A stretch of 28,295 bases of DNA. It comes from Sulfolobus monocaudavirus SMV1. How positions within the stretch are numbered: position 1 is the first letter of the stretch; every line of letters begins with the position of its first letter. The notes below the pieces were generated by a model, which saw only the letters and a list, made by a program, of their open reading frames with translations, searched no databases and was not told where the DNA came from. A program made the position numbers and the translations under genes. Of the stretch, positions 17,234 to 27,291 are shown piece after piece. The stretch lies in the sequence record NC_023585.1, one strand, 5' to 3'.

Positions 17234-17280
17234 TAAGCTATAATATCTTTTTTTAAAACCTTATTTTCAAAGTAGATTAT

Positions 17281-17778
17281 ATGAAACTTTCTGAAAAATT
17301 AGGTTCTATTCTTTCGTATAACGATGCGAATTCTATTTTATATGCGTTTGCTGATCTTACTACATTTTTAGAACAACAAGTTAGCGAACTTGATGTAGCT
17401 GATAATAATATAATTTTTAATGAGTTGAGACGAGTAGCGGAGACTGTACTCCAAAATTACATAAAGCTTGGGTTTGACCTTGGGGATGTAAAGAACACTA
17501 GGGAATTGTTGGTAAAGGTTAATGATATTATCAATTCAAACGTTGATGACATTCTGCAATTAGAACTTCGACCTACCGCATACGGTGTTGAGCAGGAAAT
17601 CAACATGTTAAAGATATCTATATTAAAGGAAATTATAACACAATTTGCTAACGTGTTTGGATTGACGAAAGAACCTATAGCCGTGCCTTTACTTTACTCT
17701 GGTGGAGAAAGAAATGAAGAAGAAGCTAGAAGGATAAGAGAATTATTCGAAAAGGAAAAAATTACCTTTAGTCCTTAA
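17281..17778 (+). CDS. Uncharacterised protein (165 aa), mostly helical
   Basis: ORF preceded by TATA-like tttttttaaaacc about 30 nt upstream; no palindrome. Its stop codon abuts the stop of the convergent gene (taactag). Confidence 0.75.
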   Translation: MKLSEKLGSILSYNDANSILYAFADLTTFLEQQVSELDVADNNIIFNELRRVAETVLQNYIKLGFDLGDVKNTRELLVKVNDIINSNVDDILQLELRPTAYGVEQEINMLKISILKEIITQFANVFGLTKEPIAVPLLYSGGERNEEEARRIRELFEKEKITFSP

Positions 17779-19047
17779 CTAGACGTAATTGCTATATACC
17801 GTGCCCGGATAAGATTTACCTAAAACAGCTGGTACAGCTGGTATAATGCCAGAAGTTTTCACCAGGTTACTTAATTTCGACGCACTTTGGCTTTGAGGTG
17901 CTAAGCCACTACTAGCAAGAGTATTATATATTTGCAGTAGCTGTGATAATTTTTGCGTGTTTACTTGTTTCTGCTTATGGTTACTTATTTTATAATATGC
18001 GTCCCTAATATCACTAAGTAAACGTTCAACTACAGTAGATAATGGAGTTCCATTGGGTATATTATATATTTGGTACAATTGAGTAACAGCATTAACTACT
18101 GGAATCATATTCGGGGGTAATTCTGATATTTTTGATTGAAGCGAACTTAAGTCGCCTGCCTGTATCTGAGCTAACATTTGACCCTGAGTTATTGTAGTAG
18201 GAGATGTGGATGATGTTGGAGATGTGATAGAGATATTCTGTGAACTAGACTGTGAGCTAGCTGACGAAGACGAAGTAGAACTAGACGGTGTAGATGTCGG
18301 AGTATTAGTTGATGACGAAGAAGGAGAAGAGCTTTGTGAACTAGATGGTGGTGACGAAGAATTATTGCTCTGTGAACTAGCACTTTCCATGACATTTATT
18401 GCATTATTAAGGAATTGTGTATAAGTAGAAGCTATAGCAGAAGCTTCTGGTGTGCTATAACTAGGTAATTGTAAATTTTGTAATTCCTCAACTGCCAATG
18501 TATGGTTAGTTAGCGACTCGTATATTTGAACTAAATTACTATACACTTGCTGAAGGGCAGATACTCCTTCGTAACTTGTTGAAGTTTCATTTTCAAATAG
18601 TATAGCGTTTTGTAACATATTGTTAATTTGCTGAAGAGTTGACGATACTTTAGATAAAGTAGACTGTGATAGAGGTTCCCCAGAAGCGTACTCAGAAATT
18701 AGTGAGAGTAACGCTTGATATACCTCTTCAAGGTCAGTATTCATGTTTTGCAGAATGTTGTTATAGAGATATTCTTCTAGTATCTGATCTGGCGACGAAT
18801 ATTCCAACGAAAGACCACTATAAGGACCAGCAAAATATATTGTTTCAACGCCAGAAGAAACTGAGAAAAGTCCTGTAATATTCGTACCTACTTGTACAAG
18901 GATATGATCGGATGGCGATGATATCATAGGTGAAATGTCGACGTATTGATATGGTGATAGTGTATATGTTTGTGAGTTCCCATTAGTTTGGTCAGTTACT
19001 GAAATAGCGACGGTGCTTGGAGACAGGTTTAGTAAGTATATTGTCAT
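17779..19047 (-). CDS. Probable structural protein (422 aa) with a Ser/Thr/Pro-rich low-complexity linker
   Basis: SSQSNNSSSPPSSSQSSSPSSSSTNTPTSTPSSSTSSSSASSQSSSQNISITSPTSSTSPTT; palindrome directly upstream. Confidence 0.75.
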   Translation of the reverse strand: MTIYLLNLSPSTVAISVTDQTNGNSQTYTLSPYQYVDISPMISSPSDHILVQVGTNITGLFSVSSGVETIYFAGPYSGLSLEYSSPDQILEEYLYNNILQNMNTDLEEVYQALLSLISEYASGEPLSQSTLSKVSSTLQQINNMLQNAILFENETSTSYEGVSALQQVYSNLVQIYESLTNHTLAVEELQNLQLPSYSTPEASAIASTYTQFLNNAINVMESASSQSNNSSSPPSSSQSSSPSSSSTNTPTSTPSSSTSSSSASSQSSSQNISITSPTSSTSPTTITQGQMLAQIQAGDLSSLQSKISELPPNMIPVVNAVTQLYQIYNIPNGTPLSTVVERLLSDIRDAYYKISNHKQKQVNTQKLSQLLQIYNTLASSGLAPQSQSASKLSNLVKTSGIIPAVPAVLGKSYPGTVYSNYV

Positions 19048-19058
19048 TTTAGCTCACT

Positions 19059-19074
19059 AAAACATATGTTTGAG
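19059..19074 (-). promoter_or_regulatory. CATATG-class palindrome before the 422-aa gene
   Basis: Minus strand: aaaaacttatattcatcTCAAACATATGTTTTagtgagctaaaATG. Confidence 0.75.
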
Positions 19075-19106
19075 ATGAATATAAGTTTTTTCTCTGTCGT
19101 TAGTCG

Positions 19107-21380
19107 TCAGAGGTTTAGCCTCTTAAATATGAAGCCTAATATTACGGCACCGATACTGAAGGGTAGTATTGTATAGTCAGCAAAGAGCAGACCTATAGAG
19201 AGTGTAGCGAAACTAAGAAACAATGTTGAAGACCACAGTTGAGAAGAATAACGATAAGATGCTACAGCTATTGCTAGAAAACTATAGTATGTTATAATTC
19301 CTATTAGTTGATTATTTGTTGTATGTATATTAGTTATAAATGAAGATCCGCTACTACCGTTATACGTTACAGTGGTTGTATTAGTAACATTCAATGATGC
19401 GACCTGGACTGGTTTCACTGGAAGTGGTGATGTGGAAATTGTTATCGTCCTAGAAGATTCAGATACTGTAACAACTACCTGTAAGTTTGTCGGCAAATTT
19501 GTTGGGTAATAGTTATTTGATATGATAAGTTGTGATTGTATACTCCCATATTGTATAACAAGGTTATACCCAGCGAAGCCTATTAGTGTTAGAGACGACG
19601 ACGAATTTGTTAGCTTAGTTTGGTAGATCGCATTATTGTTATTGACTAGTGCGTCTCCCGGAGCTGTCGTCAAACTGATCACGGAAGACTGTAATGGTGC
19701 AGGCAAACCTGTTGCAACTGTTACGATACTTGTAGTTTCATAATACAGACCGGAAGACAGTGTTATACCGATACTTGATACAGATAGCGGTATTGTGCCA
19801 TTATAATTAATATAAGGAACTATACCAGTTGACGCGACCGGGTTTGACATAGGCGTTATGAACGTGTAAAAAGACCCTGGGTAGTAATAGAAACCTATGA
19901 GATAGAATGTATTGCCTATGTCTGCATAGCCAACCCCAACGTCAGCCGGGAATCGCGGATTATTTACCAGCTTTGTAACAACTGTTTGAGAGTTATATAC
20001 ATATACGCCTGTTGTATTTATTATCAGCCCTCCTTTGTGCAAAAAGTCAGAAAACCCAACGAGCATGTTGTAATTGACTTGTGTATTTGTTAACGATGGC
20101 TGGATTGATATCCCTATCACATTCCGTCCATAAATTTTCAGATTAACTAAACTCACGCCTCCTACTGTGTTTACTGTATTTCCGCTCGCGGTAAAAGAAT
20201 ATATGGTGCCGTTTGCATACCTGACTGAAATTACACTACCTACTGGTATATCTTCGAAGAAAATGTAATTGGAAGACGAGTTATAAGGTAAAATATACAT
20301 GCCTATATGGTTTAGGTCAAGTTTCAGATTGCTGACTTGCACTGGTAAAGAGTACCATTTGCTATTGTTATACACTAGGATATTGGAACCGTTAAGTAAC
20401 GTTGGGTCAAAGAAGTATACTGGGTTTTCTAACAGTACGGAGTTATAACCGTATGATCCACTTTGAGATACCGCAAAAGTACCGTTAAACGTAATGGATG
20501 GCGGGGCTACAGTTTGCGGTGCTAAATATTCAGCAGAAGGGTACTGTAAAGACACTGACGACCGAAACACCAATCCGTACATAGCAGATGATTGTGGCAA
20601 AGCGACTTGGGCAACTTCTTCGTTCGGCATGCCTGCCACCTGGGCGTTATATGTAAATTGTGAATTTGAAATTGTGAATTGTGAGCTTTTGACATAACCG
20701 TCGGAAGCCATAACCCATGTTGTAGACCCGAAAGGAAACGCTATATACGAAGGAATTGTCTGTAAGTTGGAAAATGAGAAAAGGCTTAGCGTAACTATGC
20801 TACCTGAAGGAATTGAGCCAGAATATATCAATTCATGTGGCGTTACAAGAGCTGAAGATTGTAAGGTGTAAAGTATAACTGCAGATGTATAACGCAACGC
20901 AGTCGTTGTAAAAGTTACAAGGCTATTTTGCCCGTTTAGTACCAATGACCCTCCAAGTAACGAAACGTCTGATACATTAAAGATAGATGTGTTGAGATAA
21001 TAGAACTGAGTGTAAAAACTGAACACACCAGTGGTTACGGCACTAGCTTGAGTATTTCCCCCGTAAACGAAATAATAAGTTTGTGATGAAGGAGCTGGCT
21101 CGTACCATACCAGCAACGGTGGTGTTGCTGAGAACAAATATGAATATTCATAATAACCCAAGGAGTTTGATACGTAATAATTTTGACCGAACACTTGGGT
21201 TTGTTGTGGGAGTGGAGCAATGTAAATTAGCCCTTGCGAAATGTTTGTGTTTACATTAACTGATATAGGGACTTCTTCTTGGATAAGACTAGCTTTTGTT
21301 GTTAGCAAGAAAAACGGTAAGATAAAGAAAACTAAAAATAACACGATTAGAAATATGGTCTTTCTAGTAACTCTCATCAT
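19107..21380 (-). CDS. Large secreted/membrane-anchored probable virion protein (757 aa) with signal peptide and C-terminal hydrophobic helices
   Basis: MMRVTRKTIFLIVLFLVFFILPFFLLTTKAS at the N-terminus; C-terminal LIGIITYYSFLAIAVASYR and LFLSFATLSIGLLFADYTILPFSIGAVILGFIF. Confidence 0.8.
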   Translation of the reverse strand: MMRVTRKTIFLIVLFLVFFILPFFLLTTKASLIQEEVPISVNVNTNISQGLIYIAPLPQQTQVFGQNYYVSNSLGYYEYSYLFSATPPLLVWYEPAPSSQTYYFVYGGNTQASAVTTGVFSFYTQFYYLNTSIFNVSDVSLLGGSLVLNGQNSLVTFTTTALRYTSAVILYTLQSSALVTPHELIYSGSIPSGSIVTLSLFSFSNLQTIPSYIAFPFGSTTWVMASDGYVKSSQFTISNSQFTYNAQVAGMPNEEVAQVALPQSSAMYGLVFRSSVSLQYPSAEYLAPQTVAPPSITFNGTFAVSQSGSYGYNSVLLENPVYFFDPTLLNGSNILVYNNSKWYSLPVQVSNLKLDLNHIGMYILPYNSSSNYIFFEDIPVGSVISVRYANGTIYSFTASGNTVNTVGGVSLVNLKIYGRNVIGISIQPSLTNTQVNYNMLVGFSDFLHKGGLIINTTGVYVYNSQTVVTKLVNNPRFPADVGVGYADIGNTFYLIGFYYYPGSFYTFITPMSNPVASTGIVPYINYNGTIPLSVSSIGITLSSGLYYETTSIVTVATGLPAPLQSSVISLTTAPGDALVNNNNAIYQTKLTNSSSSLTLIGFAGYNLVIQYGSIQSQLIISNNYYPTNLPTNLQVVVTVSESSRTITISTSPLPVKPVQVASLNVTNTTTVTYNGSSGSSFITNIHTTNNQLIGIITYYSFLAIAVASYRYSSQLWSSTLFLSFATLSIGLLFADYTILPFSIGAVILGFIFKRLNL

Positions 21381-21381
21381 T

Positions 21382-21395
21382 AAAACATATGTTTT
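21382..21395 (-). promoter_or_regulatory. CATATG-class palindrome immediately 5' of the 757-aa gene
   Basis: Minus strand: ctattaaatctctaAAACATATGTTTTaATGATG; ends about 2 nt before the first ATG. Confidence 0.7.
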
Positions 21396-21456
21396 AGAGA
21401 TTTAATAGTTTTCCAGCACATTCCCGCACTTCTATAGTTTCAGCACCAGAAAAAAG

Positions 21457-21891
21457 TTAAGCCCATACCCATTTTATACTTGTTATGAATCTTACGATGA
21501 ATCCAGAAATTATTCCTATGAAATTGATTATGCCAAGTTCTAAAGACTTAAGTTTTAAATAAGACGTAAAAAACAATATTGTCACTATTTCCGAAGCATT
21601 ACTAACATGAAGCATAATTACAAGAATTGAAATTACCACAATATACTGAATAATTCCTCCACTAGCTGACGACATATGAAATTTAAGTAGTCTTTTCCAT
21701 ATGTTTCCTATTCTCTTATCTTTAAATGTCCATACATCGTTTAACATAAAATTGAAAATTATTGAAATTTCAATTGCTAATGCTAATGATATTGATATGG
21801 ATAAAAGCTTAGTAGCAGACAAAAATACTAATTCATTCACCAATGTGCCTAGCCCTCCTACTATGGCAAATTTCAATAATCTTGACATCAA
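21457..21891 (-). CDS. GtrA-like small four-helix membrane protein
   Basis: RLLKFAIVGGLGTLVNELVFLSATKLL, FNFMLNDVWTFKD and the ending RFITSIKWVWA match the GtrA family pattern. Confidence 0.75.
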   Translation of the reverse strand: MMSRLLKFAIVGGLGTLVNELVFLSATKLLSISISLALAIEISIIFNFMLNDVWTFKDKRIGNIWKRLLKFHMSSASGGIIQYIVVISILVIMLHVSNASEIVTILFFTSYLKLKSLELGIINFIGIISGFIVRFITSIKWVWA

Positions 21892-21917
21892 GACTTTCCG
21901 TCCCCTTAACCCCTTTC

Positions 21918-22388
21918 TTAGTAATTTTCCAAGACGTTAGGTGATGTAGTATCTTGCGTGTTAGTAGTGACTTGAACGGACTGGCTACTCACTATTTTTG
22001 GCAAAACTTGTGCCAGCTGTAAATATACTTGTAACGATTTTACTATTTCTGGTTCGATGTTGTACATAGACGCGATTGAATTTAGCACATCTGGTTGAAT
22101 TTGTTGTGCAATTTGGTTTGCCTTCGTCACCAACGCCACAGGATTATATTGAGTTTGTTGTACAAAGCTTGGTATTTTGCTATACTGAACTCCAAAATAA
22201 TTTGCAACTTTTTGGGGTGAAACAGGCGTAAATGGCATGTTAAAGTACTGCATGGAGATCAGGTTAAGATTGTAATATTGTGAGAGTTGGTCAATTGCAT
22301 ATATTAGGTCTAGTATTTTCGCTATAGCTTCTGCATAAGTCTCGAATGAGGGGAGCTTCTTCTTTTTGCGTTTGTTATTTTCACTCAT
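21918..22388 (-). CDS. Uncharacterised protein (156 aa), possibly virion-associated
   Basis: ORF with a promoter/palindrome module nearly identical to that of the 2028-aa gene. Confidence 0.7.
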   Translation of the reverse strand: MSENNKRKKKKLPSFETYAEAIAKILDLIYAIDQLSQYYNLNLISMQYFNMPFTPVSPQKVANYFGVQYSKIPSFVQQTQYNPVALVTKANQIAQQIQPDVLNSIASMYNIEPEIVKSLQVYLQLAQVLPKIVSSQSVQVTTNTQDTTSPNVLENY

Positions 22389-22401
22389 ATTATATCTCTC
22401 T

Positions 22402-22415
22402 CAAACAGCTGTTTA
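22402..22415 (-). promoter_or_regulatory. CAGCTG-class palindrome plus TATA-like and GAGAGAGA before the 156-aa gene
   Basis: Minus strand: aacttttttAAACAGCTGTTTGAGAGAGATATAATATGAG. Confidence 0.75.
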
Positions 22416-22433
22416 AAAAAGTTATTAGCTGAC

Positions 22434-22457
22434 AAATGAACGACAAGCCTCGCCCCT
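22434..22457 (+). mobile_element. Isolated IS200/IS605 left-end tip scar (24 nt)
   Basis: AAATGAACGACAAGCCTCGCCCCT is identical to the reverse complement of 27035-27058, the outer end of the full IS. Confidence 0.75.
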
Positions 22458-22791
22458 AGCTCACTGTGTCCTCTTTTATCCTCATCAGCTCCTCCTTCGC
22501 TTTCATTATCTTTTCTCTAACCCTCTCATCAGAATCTACTAACTGCTTTAGTGTTTCGATATGCCAGCAATATCCTCTAAATGCGTAACCCTCGCAGTCG
22601 CAGGAAGCCTTAATAATCTTCATTGTTAGAGGATCCAGAACTAACCTCGTGTAATGCAATAGCCCGTTCCTACTCTTACTCTCAATGTCTGCCGAAACTA
22701 ATATTCCTTCTCCCAAGATGGAAAAAATGTCTAACCTTTTTACGTAACTTTTGGGGGTTTGTGTAGAACTCATGTTTCCGCCTTTCACCAA
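22456..22791 (-). CDS. SWIM-type zinc-finger protein (105-111 aa); alternative start 22773
   Basis: IKASCDCEGYAFRGYCWHIETLKQL fits the C-x-C...C-x-H SWIM signature. Confidence 0.7.
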   Translation of the reverse strand: MVKGGNMSSTQTPKSYVKRLDIFSILGEGILVSADIESKSRNGLLHYTRLVLDPLTMKIIKASCDCEGYAFRGYCWHIETLKQLVDSDERVREKIMKAKEELMRIKEDTVS

Positions 22792-22853
22792 AAAAATTAA
22801 TGATGTAAAAGGAGATTAAGCTTTTTGTTTGATTTTTTTTCTCAGCTCATCCC

Positions 22854-24365
22854 TTAGATTGCCATGACGATCATTTTCTCCAACACATCTATAGCTTTTC
22901 TAAAATCCATCTCTCTATATAACTCGTTCATGGCTTTTTGCATGTCCAACTTCAGCCCATAAAATGTGTCTACTGTGTACAATATTTTTTTCAAAATGTC
23001 TGTGTCAGTTGCAGGTAATTGTGTTATATCAATTCTAGGTAGAAGCTTCAATGTTTGTACTTGTAACAATGAACTATCAAAACTCGTTATTACCACAAAA
23101 CTAACGTTATCCTCTTCGAGCAGACGCTCTATTAACAGCTGTTTGTTGATGTTGAGATTGCCATGCATATGAATTATACCCACAGGTTTGTTTTCCTGCT
23201 TGAGTAATGTAATAATATCATCGCTTCCATACCTGAGTGAAGTGGACTCCTGTAAATCTATAAGGTAAACGGGTCTATTCTCAATTGTAAGAAAATAGCT
23301 TGTTACTACTGCAGTCATAGTATATAATGCTCCTTCGCATAACATTTTTACGTTCTTATTTTTGATATCAAAACGCCTAAGTTGAGGCAATTTTGTTATA
23401 TCTAAAATATTTTGCTTATCCTGTAATTCGAATGGCACAAGTCTCTTAGGAAAGTTACTTTTTGACCTGAGAAAAGAAATAGTTCCGGTCTGTATTATAG
23501 TCCTGAACTCAGCTACAGAAATGCCGGTAGCCGATGCATAAAACGATAGTCTTTGTGTATCATATTCCTTATCCTCAATCTTGAAAGTTCTTTCTGTAGT
23601 TATCCTCCTTGCTATGTACTCGTAAACGGTGTGCGAATAAGGAGGAAAATAAACTTTCCAAGGAAACCTCCTCAGCATTGCATCGTCCATATCGTTTATT
23701 GAAGCGTTAGTAGTTAATGCGAGAATCGAAGGATATTGTGAATCCGCAAATTCCTGCAATTTTTCTAATAATATATTCTTCATATTGTCCTCTACCAATT
23801 TTTCAGCTTCACCACCTCCGCCTCTTTTTAGTAAAAATCTTTCTCCCTCGTCAAAGACTATGATGGAAGGTTTGCTGGAAAACAGCTGTTTGTTTATGAA
23901 ATCGTTTAGCAATTGGTAAGGTTCACCTACATATTTTGTCAAGAAATCAGTAGGTTGCTTAACAATTACTTTCAACCCCAGAATCCTTGTAAGTAATTTA
24001 GTAGCAATGTATGATTTACCGGTGCCAGGTACGCCGTAATATAGGATGCCTCCGTGCAAAGTCCCTTCACTAAGGTAAGTCGATATAAGCTCCTTCAGTT
24101 TATTCCAAACTTCTATTGGTAAAACTAAGAAATCGTCTCCCATATCTATTACTACGTAATTATCGTCTTTCACTTCTTCCCCATTCTCTCTCTTAAACCT
24201 TAGACGGCTTATCTTGGGCAAAGGATGATCGACATGAATGAATTGTGTGTACTGAGAGGAGAAGATACAGCCTGGTGGGTATGCAAAACGTATGTTTGAT
24301 ATGTCAGCGTTCACAACGTCACCGTCCTTTGGCTTAAATGAACTGGCAACGACTTCGCATATCAT
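22854..24365 (-). CDS. AAA+ ATPase (503 aa), one intact AAA module plus a C-terminal region resembling a degenerate second module
   Basis: Walker A GVPGTGKSYIA, Walker B SIIVFDEGERF, sensor region LALTTNASINDMDDAMLRRFPW. Confidence 0.88.
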   Translation of the reverse strand: MICEVVASSFKPKDGDVVNADISNIRFAYPPGCIFSSQYTQFIHVDHPLPKISRLRFKRENGEEVKDDNYVVIDMGDDFLVLPIEVWNKLKELISTYLSEGTLHGGILYYGVPGTGKSYIATKLLTRILGLKVIVKQPTDFLTKYVGEPYQLLNDFINKQLFSSKPSIIVFDEGERFLLKRGGGGEAEKLVEDNMKNILLEKLQEFADSQYPSILALTTNASINDMDDAMLRRFPWKVYFPPYSHTVYEYIARRITTERTFKIEDKEYDTQRLSFYASATGISVAEFRTIIQTGTISFLRSKSNFPKRLVPFELQDKQNILDITKLPQLRRFDIKNKNVKMLCEGALYTMTAVVTSYFLTIENRPVYLIDLQESTSLRYGSDDIITLLKQENKPVGIIHMHGNLNINKQLLIERLLEEDNVSFVVITSFDSSLLQVQTLKLLPRIDITQLPATDTDILKKILYTVDTFYGLKLDMQKAMNELYREMDFRKAIDVLEKMIVMAI

Positions 24366-24799
24366 AAGTCCTCGCCACTTAGCTTACTTAAAATAAGATC
24401 CTTGTTTTGTTTCTTTCCTCCTCCTTGCTTCATCTTCTGTAATAATTCGTTAGGATTAGTTACTCTTTTTATATGGAACTGCCTATTCGCTAAAATTATC
24501 AAATAGCAATCCCTAACTTTTGTGTAATTAATGCATGTAAGTATTTTCGTCCCATCGATTTTCAGTGTCTCCAATGATTCTATTTCGTCTAATGGGACAA
24601 ATGGGTCTAAGATGGATAGACTTTTCTGCAACCCGCAGTTTTTCACGATACAGTTAAGAATAATTAACCTCGTTTGTTTAGGCAAATCGTCACGTAATAA
24701 TAATTTTATTAAGGTCTCTGGTTCGCCCTCCTCATCTTTTTCCCCTAGAGCTTCAGATATTAATGAAATTATATCAGATGGTGTGAGTTCAGTTGGCAT
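24362..24799 (-). CDS. Uncharacterised protein (145 aa), co-transcribed with the AAA+ gene
   Basis: 4-nt overlap with the downstream AAA+ gene and 1-nt overlap with the upstream ORF. Confidence 0.75.
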   Translation of the reverse strand: MPTELTPSDIISLISEALGEKDEEGEPETLIKLLLRDDLPKQTRLIILNCIVKNCGLQKSLSILDPFVPLDEIESLETLKIDGTKILTCINYTKVRDCYLIILANRQFHIKRVTNPNELLQKMKQGGGKKQNKDLILSKLSGEDL

Positions 24800-25179
24800 T
24801 ATTTACCACCTCCTTTCAAACAAATAGGAAATTCGGGGTCTAGGTTTATATTATCTATTTTTAGCATTTCCTTTACTTTTGCTCTCGCCTTTTTTATCAT
24901 ACGGTATAGTAAAATATTATTGTCAGTGCAAACGGCTAGTGCTATATAAAAATCTAACGCAGACGCCAGTAATGCGTCTGTAACACCTCCAACTTGGTCT
25001 GCTGGCACGTTGACGCTTACCTTCTTCTCCTCATCTCTAAATGTTACTACATTACTAACCTCATAATACTGGGTCGGCAATTTTAATGAAAAACAATTTA
25101 CAAAATATTCTGCTATAGGCTCTGGTAGATACACTCTCGTATTAACTACATAATATTTCATAATTATAAGTTTGGACAA
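24799..25179 (-). CDS. Uncharacterised protein (126 aa), first gene of the AAA+ operon
   Basis: Preceded on the minus strand by gtttttataggttattg (TATA-like). Confidence 0.75.
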   Translation of the reverse strand: MSKLIIMKYYVVNTRVYLPEPIAEYFVNCFSLKLPTQYYEVSNVVTFRDEEKKVSVNVPADQVGGVTDALLASALDFYIALAVCTDNNILLYRMIKKARAKVKEMLKIDNINLDPEFPICLKGGGK

Positions 25180-25267
25180 TAACCTATAAAAACAGAGTTC
25201 GGTTCCTCGCCCTAAAGGACAAGGCTTTCTCTTTAGCCCATTCGGCAGCCATTATCTTTTTAAACTC

Positions 25268-26572
<1,305 letters not shown>

Positions 26573-26595
<23 letters not shown>

Positions 26596-26986
26596 CTTCC
26601 TTCACCCACTGTTCCTCAATGTACTTCTTTATGGTTTCGCTGGTCACGTTGCCAGCTGTGGATACAAAATAACTTCTGGACCAGAGCTTTTTATACTTCC
26701 TTAGCTCTGGGAATTTCTTCAGTATTAGTCTAGCAGACTTCCCCTTGAAGTAGTTTGCTAGATATGACGGCGAGTATCTTGGCGGGCAGTTTATGAAGAG
26801 GTGTATGTGGTCTGGCATGACTTCTAAGGCTATAATCTCACATCCTAGCTCCTTTGCTATTGATTTCAAAACCTCTTTAGTGTATTCAGCTACCTTATTA
26901 GTTAGTATAGCTATTCGATATTTGGGGATCCATACGAAGTGGTAGTTGCACAGATATTTTACGTATCTCGTGGATTTTAGTTCCAC
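26573..26986 (-). CDS. tnpA: TnpA, HUH/Y1 single-strand transposase (IS200-like), GTG start
   Basis: KYLCNYHFVWIPKYR, HUH motif MPDHIHLFINCPP, candidate catalytic Tyr in ETIKKYIEEQW. Confidence 0.93.
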
Positions 26987-27002
26987 AATACTTTAAAGTA
27001 TT
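26987..27002. promoter_or_regulatory. 16-bp perfect palindrome AATACTTTAAAGTATT abutting the tnpA start codon
   Basis: Minus strand: cttttatactacggAATACTTTAAAGTATTGTGGAA. Confidence 0.6.
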
Positions 27003-27059
27003 CCGTAGTATAAAAGCTTTACCCCGCCCCTAGAAGGGGCGAGGCTTGTCGTTCATTTG

Positions 27060-27075
27060 TCAAACATATGTTTGA
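27060..27075 (+). promoter_or_regulatory. Perfect palindrome TCAAACATATGTTTGA; centre about 18 nt before ATG 27086
   Basis: gTCAAACATATGTTTGAgggaattggaATGgag, same spacing as the intact genes. Confidence 0.75.
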
Positions 27076-27085
27076 GGGAATTGGA

Positions 27086-27287
<202 letters not shown>

Positions 27288-27291
27288 AAAG

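Noticed and set aside
17824-17845. cagctggtacagctgg as additional CAGCTG palindrome sites
   Set aside because: Only the 6-bp core is shared, without AAAC/GTTT arms; inside the 422-aa coding sequence.
18206-18424. Plus-strand D/E-rich ORF (72 aa) opposite the S/T-rich linker
   Set aside because: Acidic repeat composition is explained by reading the Ser-rich low-complexity region in antisense.
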